A stretch of 36,144 bases of DNA from a virus (lineage: Duplodnaviria; Caudoviricetes), in IMG/VR virus record IMGVR_UViG_3300032010_000004, positions 1-36,144 of that record; one strand, given 5' to 3'. Shown here piece by piece: positions 8,048 through 17,676 of this stretch (position 1 is the first letter of the stretch; each line of letters starts with the position of its first letter). A model generated the notes under the pieces. That model was given only the letters and a program-made list of their open reading frames with translations. It made no database searches and was not told the DNA's origin. The position numbers were made by a program, and so were the translations under genes.

Positions 8048-8598
8048 GGCACGAGGTTCCCGGCAGCGTACCAGTCATTCGCGGCACGCTTGATGACAGA
8101 GGCGATACCGTACTGACCGGCGATCCTGAGGCTGTTGTTGTAGGAACGGAGCGTAACACCGCCGGCAGCCGCCAGCGTCGTCTGACCTGCACCCAGTTGG
8201 GTGACGGTCACGGATGAACCGACCGCAAAGTTCGCGAGTGTGTCATTCGGGATCGTGAGTGTGTTCGCGCCTGCGACATTGAGCTCGACGATACCGTTGT
8301 TGTCCGCCAGCGTCAGTGTGTAGCTCGCCACCTGCGTGTTGACCGGCGTCGTCGGGATGACCTGTTGCCACGTGGTGCCATCGTCATACCACATGACCTT
8401 GGTATCGGTGGCCCACCAGAACCGGCCACCCTGAGCCTGATGGGCAGCTGCCTGACGCGCAGCGTCCGTACCCTGATTGTAAAGGGTAGATACATCAGCG
8501 GCAAGAGCGATATAGCTGAGATGGGTGGCGATGTCAGCACGATCAGTCTTGGCAGCAGGATCTGGGTACTGAATCGCCCGTCTGGGTGTGCTGAGCAT
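8044..8598 (-). CDS. Short tail fibre / adapter protein
   Basis: GGAGG SD; lies directly after the baseplate wedge genes. N-terminus STP..AIQYP...D resembles that of the 847-aa fibre. W.ATDT..WYDDGT.W segment and a C-terminal beta-rich module (YTLTLAD...Q.GAGQ.T...WY..GNL). Confidence 0.7.
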   Translation of the reverse strand: MLSTPRRAIQYPDPAAKTDRADIATHLSYIALAADVSTLYNQGTDAARQAAAHQAQGGRFWWATDTKVMWYDDGTTWQQVIPTTPVNTQVASYTLTLADNNGIVELNVAGANTLTIPNDTLANFAVGSSVTVTQLGAGQTTLAAAGGVTLRSYNNSLRIAGQYGIASVIKRAANDWYAAGNLVP

Positions 8599-8607
8599 GT
8601 TCCTCCC

Positions 8608-9225
8608 CTAGTGGACGTCGTTGTATGTCTGGAAGCTTTGATACATGGTGATATATGTATCACCGCGCGTGTAGATGGATCCGTATGTCGCCGGTGGCGC
8701 GGTACCGACGACAAGTGTCCAGGTCAGACCGGCTGGCTTTGCGAAGTTGTTGACGTAGTTCACCAGCGCGGTGGTATCAGCCGGAGCCTCTGCGGTATTG
8801 ATCGTGATCGTGAAGTGGTATGGCCCCGTATCACGCTCTGCGATCTGTACCGTCTGTGTCCCAGTGAGGAACAGGCGCACACCCGACGCAATCGCCGCTG
8901 GTGTACCGCGCTGCCAGCTGATGTGGTCACGGATCTGCTGCCGCTGCTGGGCGACAGTTAGGCCAGGGGCTGCGCGAATACCAATGAACTGACCGAGCCA
9001 AGGCACACCAGCATCAGGAACCGCGTCCAGGTCGATGAGATTGAACCATACAGGATGGCTCGCATCTGGAGCGTGCGCAAGGTAATCCAGGTCTTGCAGC
9101 GTCTGCCCGATCGCGCCAAGGAAGATGAGTAGCGCATAGCCGGTCTGAACCTCCGCATTCTGAACAGGGGTCATCTGGCCATACATGGCCTGAGCGAAAG
9201 AGCCAGCGTCGGTCGGGGCAGGCAT
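8608..9225 (-). CDS. Baseplate wedge protein (P2 gpI-like)
   Basis: DLDAVPDAGVPWLGQFIG...RGTPAAI...KPAG motifs; lies directly downstream of baseplate J. Confidence 0.8.
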   Translation of the reverse strand: MPAPTDAGSFAQAMYGQMTPVQNAEVQTGYALLIFLGAIGQTLQDLDYLAHAPDASHPVWFNLIDLDAVPDAGVPWLGQFIGIRAAPGLTVAQQRQQIRDHISWQRGTPAAIASGVRLFLTGTQTVQIAERDTGPYHFTITINTAEAPADTTALVNYVNNFAKPAGLTWTLVVGTAPPATYGSIYTRGDTYITMYQSFQTYNDVH

Positions 9226-10409
9226 TAGCTCGCTGTCACCGTGATGTCAGCTGCCACTGTGAAGGGAACGGGTGCCTTGCCTGGCAGGGCCAGATCAGTT
9301 GCAGCCTGCGACCCGCTGTGAAGACCGAGCGTGAGGCTCGTGATCACGTTCACGCCGACCACGGTTGTGATGGCGGAGGCTAGCTCAAGACGGTTGATCA
9401 CAGGCGTGTTGATCCATGTGATCGGATTCGCAGGATTATCTGACGGAGAGATACCCCAAGTTGCAGGGTTCAGGAAGTTGATGATGGCCGTGGTCACTCG
9501 CGAGATGATGTCGGCTGCGGTGTAGCCTACGGCCATGGTGACCGCCACGACTACGTTCACCTCAGACTTGGTCGGATCATCCATGTTCACGACGAAGTTG
9601 ATCTCGCGTAGAGATTGCAGATACGTCTGTACCGCAGTCTTGACCGCCGAACTGACAGGCGTGCCCGTGGAGTCCAGACAGTACACCGTAGTCATGCGTT
9701 GATTGTTCGTCGTACCGTCGGAAGGGTTGTACAGATCAATGGCCATGGCGCGCTGCACTCCCTGCACGTTCTGTGCAAGGATCCCGAAATCACGAGCGAT
9801 GATGGGGCGCGGCGTCAGGGTTTGAAGCTCGTTGCTGAGACGAGCAAGGTAAGCGTCATCCGTCTCAGCATCGATCCCTCCGGTGGTGGCCGCTACCTGC
9901 GTTACACCCTGCACGAATACAAGCGGATCAATCAGGTTCACAACTCCGCCAGGAGTGCCAAGACCAGAACCGGCTGCCCCAGGAGTGGACGCTGAGATCG
10001 TTGCGGTGCCGGACGTGTTGCCACCGGGGATGATCAGATCGAACAAGACGGTGAACGGGATAGAGTTGCCGTTACCGTCCAGAATCGAGACCTGCGTACC
10101 TGCCGGCACTGTGTGACCCAGATTGTCCACCATCGTCCAGGTCGTGCTACAGGTAGCTGATACGGCGTCGATCGGCTGGAAGCTGAACAGCTTTGCACCC
10201 ATGTACCGGAACAGACTCTTCGGTACCTCGGTGGCCAGAGTCTGGATGTCGGCAGCCTCGTTACCAAACGCCTCGATCATCCACACGTCCAGGTTCCCCT
10301 CAGCAGGCACCCATCCGGGAACCTTGAGGGCCAGGTAGTCAAAAGCTCGCTGCATCAGATCGCGAGCATCGGTGGTGATCGGGTAGGTGATGTAGCCAGT
10401 GCTACTCAT
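9225..10409 (-). CDS. Baseplate J-like wedge protein
   Basis: VPAGTQV, GG.DAETDDAYLARL, DF..LA..V.GV.RA motifs; about 390 aa; follows the gp25-like gene. Confidence 0.9.
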   Translation of the reverse strand: MSSTGYITYPITTDARDLMQRAFDYLALKVPGWVPAEGNLDVWMIEAFGNEAADIQTLATEVPKSLFRYMGAKLFSFQPIDAVSATCSTTWTMVDNLGHTVPAGTQVSILDGNGNSIPFTVLFDLIIPGGNTSGTATISASTPGAAGSGLGTPGGVVNLIDPLVFVQGVTQVAATTGGIDAETDDAYLARLSNELQTLTPRPIIARDFGILAQNVQGVQRAMAIDLYNPSDGTTNNQRMTTVYCLDSTGTPVSSAVKTAVQTYLQSLREINFVVNMDDPTKSEVNVVVAVTMAVGYTAADIISRVTTAIINFLNPATWGISPSDNPANPITWINTPVINRLELASAITTVVGVNVITSLTLGLHSGSQAATDLALPGKAPVPFTVAADITVTAS

Positions 10410-10725
10410 TTGACACCTCCACGATGATGTTGGCGATCATAGCGTCGAGCGAACCAACGTCGGTGAACTGAGTGGAGGCTCTCGGCTCGTTCTCCTGCAC
10501 CTCAGCCTGCATCTGCTCGATGGCTAGGAAGGGTGATTGCTTGATGGCGAAGAGCGGATCGGTGATTCCAAAGTTTGGCACAAACATCCTTGTACCGCGT
10601 GTGGTGCGAAGACAGGCCTCGACGCAGTTGGTGACGTCGTCGCCGGTATTCTGCTCTACTACGGCAGCATGCGCTCCGCCGGTGCCGAAGCGGAAGGGCA
10701 TGTCGAAGTGAGGCACACTGACCAT
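10402..10725 (-). CDS. Baseplate gp25/gpW-like sheath initiator
   Basis: PFRF...CLRTTRGTR.FVPNFG...EPR motif, 107 aa, located between spike and J. Confidence 0.85.
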   Translation of the reverse strand: MVSVPHFDMPFRFGTGGAHAAVVEQNTGDDVTNCVEACLRTTRGTRMFVPNFGITDPLFAIKQSPFLAIEQMQAEVQENEPRASTQFTDVGSLDAMIANIIVEVSNE

Positions 10726-11531
10726 TAGGAGATCCTGACGGGCTGGAGGGACATTATCTGATCAGAGAAACTAGCCGCGTATGTTACGCAATAGTACCCG
10801 AGACCAGTACCCTGTGATGCCGGAAGATTGGTCCACTTTGCCTCGGTGTACACACTAGCTGACATACCCTGTACCGTCCACTGCGGGTGACGGAAGCCAT
10901 TGTCTCCGCCCAGAATCCCGCCCATCTGGATTCCGAGATATGTCATAGATCCGGCAACATTGCCGTTATCAACCTCAGCAACAGCATGTGCAACCCAGTC
11001 TCCTGCATGCGGCGGTGTAGTGTACTGGTTCGGACCATACACCCATCCATTCACCGTAGAAGTGCTGAAGCCACCCACGGCAAATCTGTACGGAGAGCCG
11101 CCGATAAACTCCCACTTATACGGAGAGGTAGAGTTAGCATTGTACATGAACTGCCACCTCACTCCGACATTCCCGTCTACGAGACAGTTCCAAATGTCGC
11201 CGTGTACCGGGTTAGAGGGTGTAGCGTCATAGATGGTGCCGATGGTGACCCTCGGATGCCTGGTACCCGACCAGAAGGCAGCCACCCAGGGTGCGCGCCG
11301 GTTGTCGAAGATGATGAGTGCCTGGTCTCCGATCTGCGGCAGCGTCACGTTGTCCTTGGCCATCCAGTTGCACGGACCCCACTTGTGATCCTTGCTGATG
11401 TCCGGGATGATGACGTACACCTTCTTGTCGAACCCGGCTGGTGTGGCGGCGATGATGCCGTACCACGTGCCCTGCATCACAGCCTTGCCATGCTTCTGTG
11501 CCTCGGGGATCAGATCTGTTATTGTTGCCAC
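10725..11531 (-). CDS. Baseplate spike-like protein (gpV/gp5 OB-fold N-terminus) with an aromatic-rich C-terminal domain
   Basis: GII...KVYVIIP...W...LPQIGDQALIIFD...PWV is an OB-fold signature; canonical position after the hub. Confidence 0.75.
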   Translation of the reverse strand: MATITDLIPEAQKHGKAVMQGTWYGIIAATPAGFDKKVYVIIPDISKDHKWGPCNWMAKDNVTLPQIGDQALIIFDNRRAPWVAAFWSGTRHPRVTIGTIYDATPSNPVHGDIWNCLVDGNVGVRWQFMYNANSTSPYKWEFIGGSPYRFAVGGFSTSTVNGWVYGPNQYTTPPHAGDWVAHAVAEVDNGNVAGSMTYLGIQMGGILGGDNGFRHPQWTVQGMSASVYTEAKWTNLPASQGTGLGYYCVTYAASFSDQIMSLQPVRIS

Positions 11532-13534
11532 AGTCTCACCGCTCCGGCGTAGGGTGGATTGTCCCAGCTGGTAAAGCCATCATCTACGCGCACAACCGCT
11601 CCGGTGTGCGGCGCGTCGATCATCGCTCCGTTACCGATGTAGATGCCAACGTGTTCAATGTGACTGGAGTCAGAACCGAAGAACACCAGATCAGCTGGCT
11701 TGAGCACATCCGGAGGATAGATGGGAGTGCCGGCGTTGAACTGATCCTGTGCTACGCGCGGGATGCTGATGTTCGCGGCGCTGTAGGCTGCCTGAGCCAG
11801 CCCTGAACAGTCGAATGCTACACCAGGCTTCTCTGCACCGTACACGTAGGTGACGCCCAGCTGCTGCCGAGCATAGGAGACAATCTTGTTTTGAACAGAG
11901 CCCAGCGGTCCTTCGCTACCGGCGCGTGCTCCACCTGGCTGTGCCTTCTTGTTGCCGGTGTTGCCATCCATGATCTTGGACGTAGAGCTAGTGGTGGGCT
12001 CCGGTAGCACCGGCTGCGGCTTGATCATGGTGATCGTGGCGATGTGGTCGTACAGGCTACGGCTGATGTCCTGTACCAGCCACTTGCCATTCACGATCCC
12101 GCTGTTGATGCATTGCACCGTGCAACCAGGAGGTGCGCTCCAGCGCGACAGATGCGCGGTGACCGTGACCGTAGCCTTGCGCTTGCCCTCATCGTAGTCG
12201 TAGTCGATCCAGTCAATGCCATCGGTGTCCTCGCTGATGACCATGAACGGCTTGCTCGCGAACAGGTCCTTGTCGTCGATGAAGTAGATCACGCCGCTGA
12301 CGCAGAACGCTCGCCAGTTGACCTCGTCGGCCAGACGCTTGATGCACGTCCAGCTGTCCTCCTTGGTCAACAGCGTCTCACCGATGCTGTCCGTAGACAG
12401 CGTGCCCCGCGTGAAGAAGAATGCGCCGGTGCTGTAGTCCGGGATCGTGTCGGGAGCCTGCATGTTGTTGCCACCCGAGACGGTGTACTTCGGATCAACG
12501 AGACCGGACTTCACATCCAGGCCATAAGCGTGCACGATCAGGGCAGCTTCGTCGTAGTACTGACCATAGGCATACGGTGTGCCGCTGTGCTGCACACTCT
12601 GACAGAGATCGTTATAGCTGATCCCAGGATTGTTCTTGTCGATCGGCTGCGCCGCGTTGAAGAACGCTGCCGCATCTGTAGCCACGTTTCGGGTGGCAGG
12701 CCATCCCATAGACCGCCTCTGCTGGAAGACACCGACGCTATCACGGTCACCACCTACTAGGTTGCGGAGTACGCTCTCGTCGATGGCGGTCATGATAGAG
12801 CACACAATCACCTTGGTGCTCATCTTCATCGCGACGCCGGTGTTGATGATCGTGACCGCGTTGTCCCACTGCTCTGTGTCCATCGCGACGCTCTTGACCG
12901 TCAGGCCGTGAGTATCCTGCGGAGCAGGCGGGGTGATACCCTTGTTGCGATTCTTCTTCGCGTCAGCTTTCGTAGCCTTGTCAGTCTTCACCGCCACCAT
13001 TGGTGTGCCGTCAGGATTCACGATCACCTGTCCAGGCTGGACATCGCTGACCTCTTGGATGACCTTCAACTCTGGGATCACCCAGGTGAGTGGCACTTCC
13101 TTTACCTCACGGATCATGCGGAGCACGAACTCAGCACGCGTCACCTTGCTACGGTCAGCCTGAATGAACGTGTTGTAGTAGCGTAGCACGTTGATCGCCT
13201 GATCTTCGAATACCAGGGTCAGCTGTCGCGCCTGCTTCTTGACACCGACCAGCGTGAAGAAGAGACCATCAAGCTCTACGTCTACGTGCCGACCGAGACG
13301 ACCGCTGTTCTGGATCGTACGGTCTACATCATCCTCTACGATGACCGTCAGCGTGCTCGCACCCTCGATGGTACGCTCGATCGTGGCAGCACTGATCGTG
13401 TTGGTCAGATCGATCCCGCACTGGTTCTGCATCTCCAGCTGGAAGTCAAGGATGTCAACGTCATGCTCCAGCGCCTCCAACTGATCGGGCATCGGGGCAG
13501 CTTGTAGAGCTATGACTCTGGAGGCAGCGGTCAC
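11519..13534 (-). CDS. Baseplate hub protein with an inserted lysozyme-like domain and a C-terminal NlpC/P60 endopeptidase
   Basis: Hub-like N- and C-portions (IERTIEGASTL; EDSWTCIKRLADE..W). Insert TAIDES.LRNL.GGDRDSVGVFQQR..GW. C-terminus LGVTYVYG...FDCSGL...DLVFF...HVGIY. Confidence 0.85.
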   Translation of the reverse strand: MTAASRVIALQAAPMPDQLEALEHDVDILDFQLEMQNQCGIDLTNTISAATIERTIEGASTLTVIVEDDVDRTIQNSGRLGRHVDVELDGLFFTLVGVKKQARQLTLVFEDQAINVLRYYNTFIQADRSKVTRAEFVLRMIREVKEVPLTWVIPELKVIQEVSDVQPGQVIVNPDGTPMVAVKTDKATKADAKKNRNKGITPPAPQDTHGLTVKSVAMDTEQWDNAVTIINTGVAMKMSTKVIVCSIMTAIDESVLRNLVGGDRDSVGVFQQRRSMGWPATRNVATDAAAFFNAAQPIDKNNPGISYNDLCQSVQHSGTPYAYGQYYDEAALIVHAYGLDVKSGLVDPKYTVSGGNNMQAPDTIPDYSTGAFFFTRGTLSTDSIGETLLTKEDSWTCIKRLADEVNWRAFCVSGVIYFIDDKDLFASKPFMVISEDTDGIDWIDYDYDEGKRKATVTVTAHLSRWSAPPGCTVQCINSGIVNGKWLVQDISRSLYDHIATITMIKPQPVLPEPTTSSTSKIMDGNTGNKKAQPGGARAGSEGPLGSVQNKIVSYARQQLGVTYVYGAEKPGVAFDCSGLAQAAYSAANISIPRVAQDQFNAGTPIYPPDVLKPADLVFFGSDSSHIEHVGIYIGNGAMIDAPHTGAVVRVDDGFTSWDNPPYAGAVRLWQQ

Positions 13535-14241
13535 TTCTTCTTCTTTGTCTTCGGGTCGGGGATGATCAGATCCTGTCCTGCCTTGATGCCAAGGCGCGTG
13601 TCAATCGGCAGCCAAGGGTTCGCTTCCATGATGATGTTGAACAGGGACGGATCACCGTAGTGCTTCTGCGCCTCTTGCTTCGCGGTCAGCCCTGAGCTCT
13701 TCACGACTTTGTCTCCGCCGCGCGCCGCGTTGAGTACGGCAGGTGACGGCTGCGTGATGATGATCTGCTCATCGATGTACTCGAGAAGATGCACCACTAC
13801 GCTCTGCCGCGTGCGCCCGGTAATGTGTCCGAAGCGGTACCAGGTGGCGTTGCTGGTGTCCCAGGTCATGTCAGTGATCACCCACCACCGATTGCTGACG
13901 GTGAGAGGGAAGGCAGCCCCGATTAGCTTCAGCGTCGGCGGCTGCTTCAGGTGACCAGTAGGCTCGGCCATCTTGATCAGAGTCTGAATGTCAGCCTCCG
14001 TATTCCTGTACGGCGTGATCCCGTTGAAGACAATGGGAACATCCATCGTGTACGGGTCCTTGCCCTTCCAGCGCGTGATGCTCGTGCGCTTGGGTCGCTG
14101 AATGACCTCCCAGCCACCGTGGCCTCCTGTGATACCGATGGCCGCTGCATCCAGAAGCATCTTGACCCGGTGTCCGGCAGATGAGCTGAACGTCACATAG
14201 TGATCAGCTGCAACTTCGCTGCCCAGCCCGTAGCTGCTCAT
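13531..14241 (-). CDS. Tail tube initiator / baseplate protein with C-terminal LysM-like domain
   Basis: Follows the tape measure gene. C-terminal A.KHYGDPSLF..I..ANP......GQDLIIP is LysM-like. Confidence 0.75.
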   Translation of the reverse strand: MSSYGLGSEVAADHYVTFSSSAGHRVKMLLDAAAIGITGGHGGWEVIQRPKRTSITRWKGKDPYTMDVPIVFNGITPYRNTEADIQTLIKMAEPTGHLKQPPTLKLIGAAFPLTVSNRWWVITDMTWDTSNATWYRFGHITGRTRQSVVVHLLEYIDEQIIITQPSPAVLNAARGGDKVVKSSGLTAKQEAQKHYGDPSLFNIIMEANPWLPIDTRLGIKAGQDLIIPDPKTKKKK

Positions 14242-16415
14242 TGCCTAGCCTCCGCATCAGTCACCGCTGTTGCCAGGGCTGTTCCTATCTGCTTGCCATC
14301 CAGCATGATCGCCTGCGGGAAGATCTTGATTGTGAAGCCTCCTGCACCGGCTAGGCTCTGCGCGCTAGAGTGAACGCTCGCGCCCGATGGGAGCGCGAGA
14401 AGCTCAGGGCCGCGCTCACCTACCATGGCCAGACCACCGGTGATGACGTGGCCACCACCCTGTAGACCGGGGATCGCACCGATGCCTCTACCAAGCCAGT
14501 AGCTCGGGTCAGCGTACTTGGCATATGTCCAAGGATGCGTGTACCACGCGCCACCGCCACCGGTGGGACCAGTACCGTGCCCACCCATCATTCCACCGAC
14601 CACGTTACCGAGTCCGAATGGCAGAATGAAGTTGGCTGCCGCTTGAAGCAGGTTGTGCTTGGTGAACCAGTCGTACACCTTCTGCGCCACCGACAGGATC
14701 TTGTTGAAGTTCTCGATCACGAGGATCGTGGCGGCGAGGAACGGTGCACCCAGTCCGATAAGTGCAAGCACCCAATGCTTACGCAGGAAGTCAGCGAGAG
14801 CGTTGATCTCATTGTGGAACCACTTCCACCTCATGTACAGAGTAACGACCGCTGCGGCCAGCAGGATGACCCAGCCAATCACCGAGACAAGGTCGAGCGT
14901 GACGAAGGCAGCGGTCAGTCCTTCGATCGTGATGATCAGGCCTGCTACCGCCAGGTCTGCTAGTCCCACGACCGCAGCCCACAGCCCCATCGCGAACTCC
15001 TGAAGAATCGTCATGAGCGTCGCCTCTTCCGTGGCGACAGCTAGTGCCTCCTGCGAGAACACCAGGGCTAGAGTCTCCCAGATCGCCCAGTCTACAATAG
15101 CGTTGTAGATACCCATCGTCACAACATAAGCAGCCAGAGCCGCGTCAGCCACCCATTCGGCAGCAGCCAATCCTCTCGTGACGGCGAGGCGGACTACACC
15201 CGCTGCGGCGAGAGCGTACTCGTAACCTTTGGCCAAGAGCAACAGCCCAATGTAGATGCCCATGAAGAAGCTGACGACCTGGAGCGCGTAACCGATGCCG
15301 TACTTCGCACCGGGGACACCGAGCACCTTCTCGAGCAACCACAATGGCGTGAGCGCGATCCAGATGGCGGTCGCCAGTGCGGTGAAGTCTTCCTTGATGC
15401 CCTCGAGAATACCGCGCAGTGACTCAAGCAGATCCCAGACGATGTGGGTCCTCGGAGACAGACCGGTGTCTACTGCCTTGAAGAAGTCCGTCATCGTCAC
15501 CGGCTTGCCGCTGTACAGATGCGAGAAAAGAGATTTGTCTGTCGTGGTGAGGAACTTCTGCACCCATCCGAACATGCCTGCGCCGCTGCTTGCGCTCGCC
15601 TGGCTGAGCAGGTCCTTGAAGGTTGTGAACGCACCGTGCAGCGTCATCGTGGCCTGCCGGAACGCCGCCATCCTGTAGCCAGGGTGCGTCTCGATGAACT
15701 TGTTGATGCCGTCAAGCACCTGCTGCACAGGAACGTTGAGAGATCCGATACGGTGAATCTCGTCGCCGGTAATGTGCAGCAGGTTGTTGAGCACCGGCAG
15801 CATCGGGATGCCGTCACGGGACAACTGGTTGACAGCGTAGCCTGTGAGCCTGCCCGAGTAGGCCATGTGCTGGAGCGCGATCGACGCGCGCTGTAGGTTA
15901 GCAGGCGTCGCCTTGCCGGCAGCTGACAGAGCGTCAAGCAAGGACTGCAGCGTCTTGTTGGCGGTCGCTACCGGGTCGGTGACACCTGGTGCGTACTTGA
16001 GGCCGAAGTACAGCGAGCGGAACGCGGTGGTGACATCCTTGTACTGGAACGGTGAGAACGCAGTGACCTGGAACAGATGCTGTAGCTCCTTGTTCAGAGC
16101 TCCTGTGTTCTTGAACACCGGGGCCATAGCCACACTTGCCTGCTGCATGGCGCTCTGGTAGTTCCATCCCAGCTTGACCACGGCAGCGCCGGCAGCTACC
16201 AGTGCCAGTGTTCCGGCGTACACCATGCGACGCCCGGTGAACGTCGCCTGGTTGAAGATCTCTTCCTTGCGAGCAGCGGTGACAGCCTTGTCTCCGGCTA
16301 GCGCTGTCTGGATGCCTAGCTCTCTGAAAGCAGCCGTCTCAGCCTCTACACCCGCGACCACCTCACGCCAGCCCGTGAGGATGGTCTCGAGGATGACTGG
16401 ATCAACAGGCGGCAT
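14238..16415 (-). CDS. Tape measure protein
   Basis: 725 aa, Ala/Gly/Leu-rich. Tape-measure N-domain pattern (SPF...AL.HM..SGRL...NQL...GIP), long hydrophobic middle, C-terminal GG.V..G..MVGERGPEL. Confidence 0.92.
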   Translation of the reverse strand: MPPVDPVILETILTGWREVVAGVEAETAAFRELGIQTALAGDKAVTAARKEEIFNQATFTGRRMVYAGTLALVAAGAAVVKLGWNYQSAMQQASVAMAPVFKNTGALNKELQHLFQVTAFSPFQYKDVTTAFRSLYFGLKYAPGVTDPVATANKTLQSLLDALSAAGKATPANLQRASIALQHMAYSGRLTGYAVNQLSRDGIPMLPVLNNLLHITGDEIHRIGSLNVPVQQVLDGINKFIETHPGYRMAAFRQATMTLHGAFTTFKDLLSQASASSGAGMFGWVQKFLTTTDKSLFSHLYSGKPVTMTDFFKAVDTGLSPRTHIVWDLLESLRGILEGIKEDFTALATAIWIALTPLWLLEKVLGVPGAKYGIGYALQVVSFFMGIYIGLLLLAKGYEYALAAAGVVRLAVTRGLAAAEWVADAALAAYVVTMGIYNAIVDWAIWETLALVFSQEALAVATEEATLMTILQEFAMGLWAAVVGLADLAVAGLIITIEGLTAAFVTLDLVSVIGWVILLAAAVVTLYMRWKWFHNEINALADFLRKHWVLALIGLGAPFLAATILVIENFNKILSVAQKVYDWFTKHNLLQAAANFILPFGLGNVVGGMMGGHGTGPTGGGGAWYTHPWTYAKYADPSYWLGRGIGAIPGLQGGGHVITGGLAMVGERGPELLALPSGASVHSSAQSLAGAGGFTIKIFPQAIMLDGKQIGTALATAVTDAEARQ

Positions 16416-16632
16416 TACTTCCCACCAAACATCTTGTTGAGGATCTTACCGATCTCGTTTGCGTGTAGAATGGCGCGCTCTTGATCCAGCTTCCGCTGCA
16501 GTTCTCGGGCAGCGATAGCGATCCGCTGCATGAGCTCGCGCTTGAGAGGATCCCTGGTCTTGAGAAAGGCCATGGGATCCATCCCGAACACAGCGATGTA
16601 TGCAGCGGTTTCAATCTCAGCACGCCCTACAG
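16415..16632 (-). CDS. C-terminal part of the long tail assembly chaperone (gpGT-like), reached by -1 frameshift
   Basis: The -1 frame after the slippery site reads PVGRAEIETAAYIAVFGMDPMAFLKTRDPLKRELMQRIAIAARELQRKLDQERAILHANEIGKILNKMFGGK* and ends in TAATG overlapping the tape measure start. Confidence 0.8.
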
Positions 16633-17205
16633 GTTTCCCCCTTGGTCCAGGAACTCGGCGGTTGCGTCGATGGTAGTGTCACCCATCCACCGGCCCAGGA
16701 TCAGGGTGTGTTGCTGAACAGCGATCATGTTGTTCCCGAACAGCGCCATCACGCAGGAGCGTGCCGGATTGTTCGGGTCGATCTTGTCGTCGAACTTGAG
16801 TGCTCGGGCAAGCTCGACGTCATAGTTGTACAGTGGCAGTTCGATCTTGTCACCGTTGTTGCCCTGCTGCGCGTAGAATCCCAGACACGCGGCGATCATC
16901 GTGTCGATCGATGCGTACAGGATGCGCTCATACTGCTGGCTCTTGCGGAACTCACGCTGCACCTTACGGCCGATGCTTGCCATCTCCTCACCGCCGAGCA
17001 GCCTGTACTTCACGTACATCGTGACTCCGCTGTCCCGACCGTAGCCGGGGATTGGGATGAACGTCTCCCTTTCAGTAGCAAGCTCATCCCTCTCCTGTGC
17101 GAGCATGTCGAGCAGGCTGCTCGTCTCTTCAGACGGCAGCCCGCTCGCAGCATACTCCGAGGTCTCACCCAGGTTGGGCTGATCCTCGAGATGTTCTTCG
17201 GACAT
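16627..17205 (-). CDS. Tail assembly chaperone (gpG-like, short form, 192 aa)
   Basis: AGGAGG SD and ATG at 17205 (MSEEHLED...); lies between tube and tape measure; ends in the slippery site. Confidence 0.85.
   Translation of the reverse strand: MSEEHLEDQPNLGETSEYAASGLPSEETSSLLDMLAQERDELATERETFIPIPGYGRDSGVTMYVKYRLLGGEEMASIGRKVQREFRKSQQYERILYASIDTMIAACLGFYAQQGNNGDKIELPLYNYDVELARALKFDDKIDPNNPARSCVMALFGNNMIAVQQHTLILGRWMGDTTIDATAEFLDQGGNL
16633..16639 (-). promoter_or_regulatory. Programmed -1 ribosomal frameshift heptamer G GGA AAC
   Basis: Minus strand reads CAA GGG GGA AAC CTG TAG. The X XXY YYZ pattern is in the correct phase, with one codon between it and the chaperone stop. Confidence 0.85.
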
Positions 17206-17228
17206 GCGCTCCCTCCTTGAGGATCCCG

Positions 17229-17675
17229 CTATGAGACCGTCGGGAACCCTGTGATGGTGAACTCCAGTTCGACCAGAGCCGCTGTGGACTGCTCCGAGTC
17301 GAGCGGTGGCGGAGTGACCTTCTTCAAGATGCCGCGATACGCGATCGGCTTCCCGAACACGTTGCCGTTGATGTCCAACGGCTGACGGCTGATCGTCGCC
17401 TGGGACTTGCCCGCAGCGTTGATCCACTCCTGGATGTGCAAGTGATCGCGCTCGAGACGATACAGCCTCGAGAGCACCACATTGGCGGTTGTCCGCCGAC
17501 CACCGAGCGACACGGGATCTGCCATGCCGCCGGGGTAGTAGTTGGTCGCATCTGAGTCGACCTCGCCACCGGTCCACTTGTCCCAGACACCGTAGAACTG
17601 CATCTTGCCTGTTGCGCGGTTCTCGATGCTGCAAGTGATCCGGTGGGTATCTTGACGAGTGGGTCCTCCGGCCAT
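17229..17675 (-). CDS. Tail tube protein
   Basis: 148 aa directly downstream of the sheath; YYPGGM...LGG.....NVVLSR...LDS......ELEF pattern. Confidence 0.85.
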   Translation of the reverse strand: MAGGPTRQDTHRITCSIENRATGKMQFYGVWDKWTGGEVDSDATNYYPGGMADPVSLGGRRTTANVVLSRLYRLERDHLHIQEWINAAGKSQATISRQPLDINGNVFGKPIAYRGILKKVTPPPLDSEQSTAALVELEFTITGFPTVS

Positions 17676-17676
17676 G

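Noticed and set aside
17206-17634. 335-aa version of the tail chaperone ORF
   Set aside because: The extension overlaps the tube gene in another frame; the SD-supported start is 17205.
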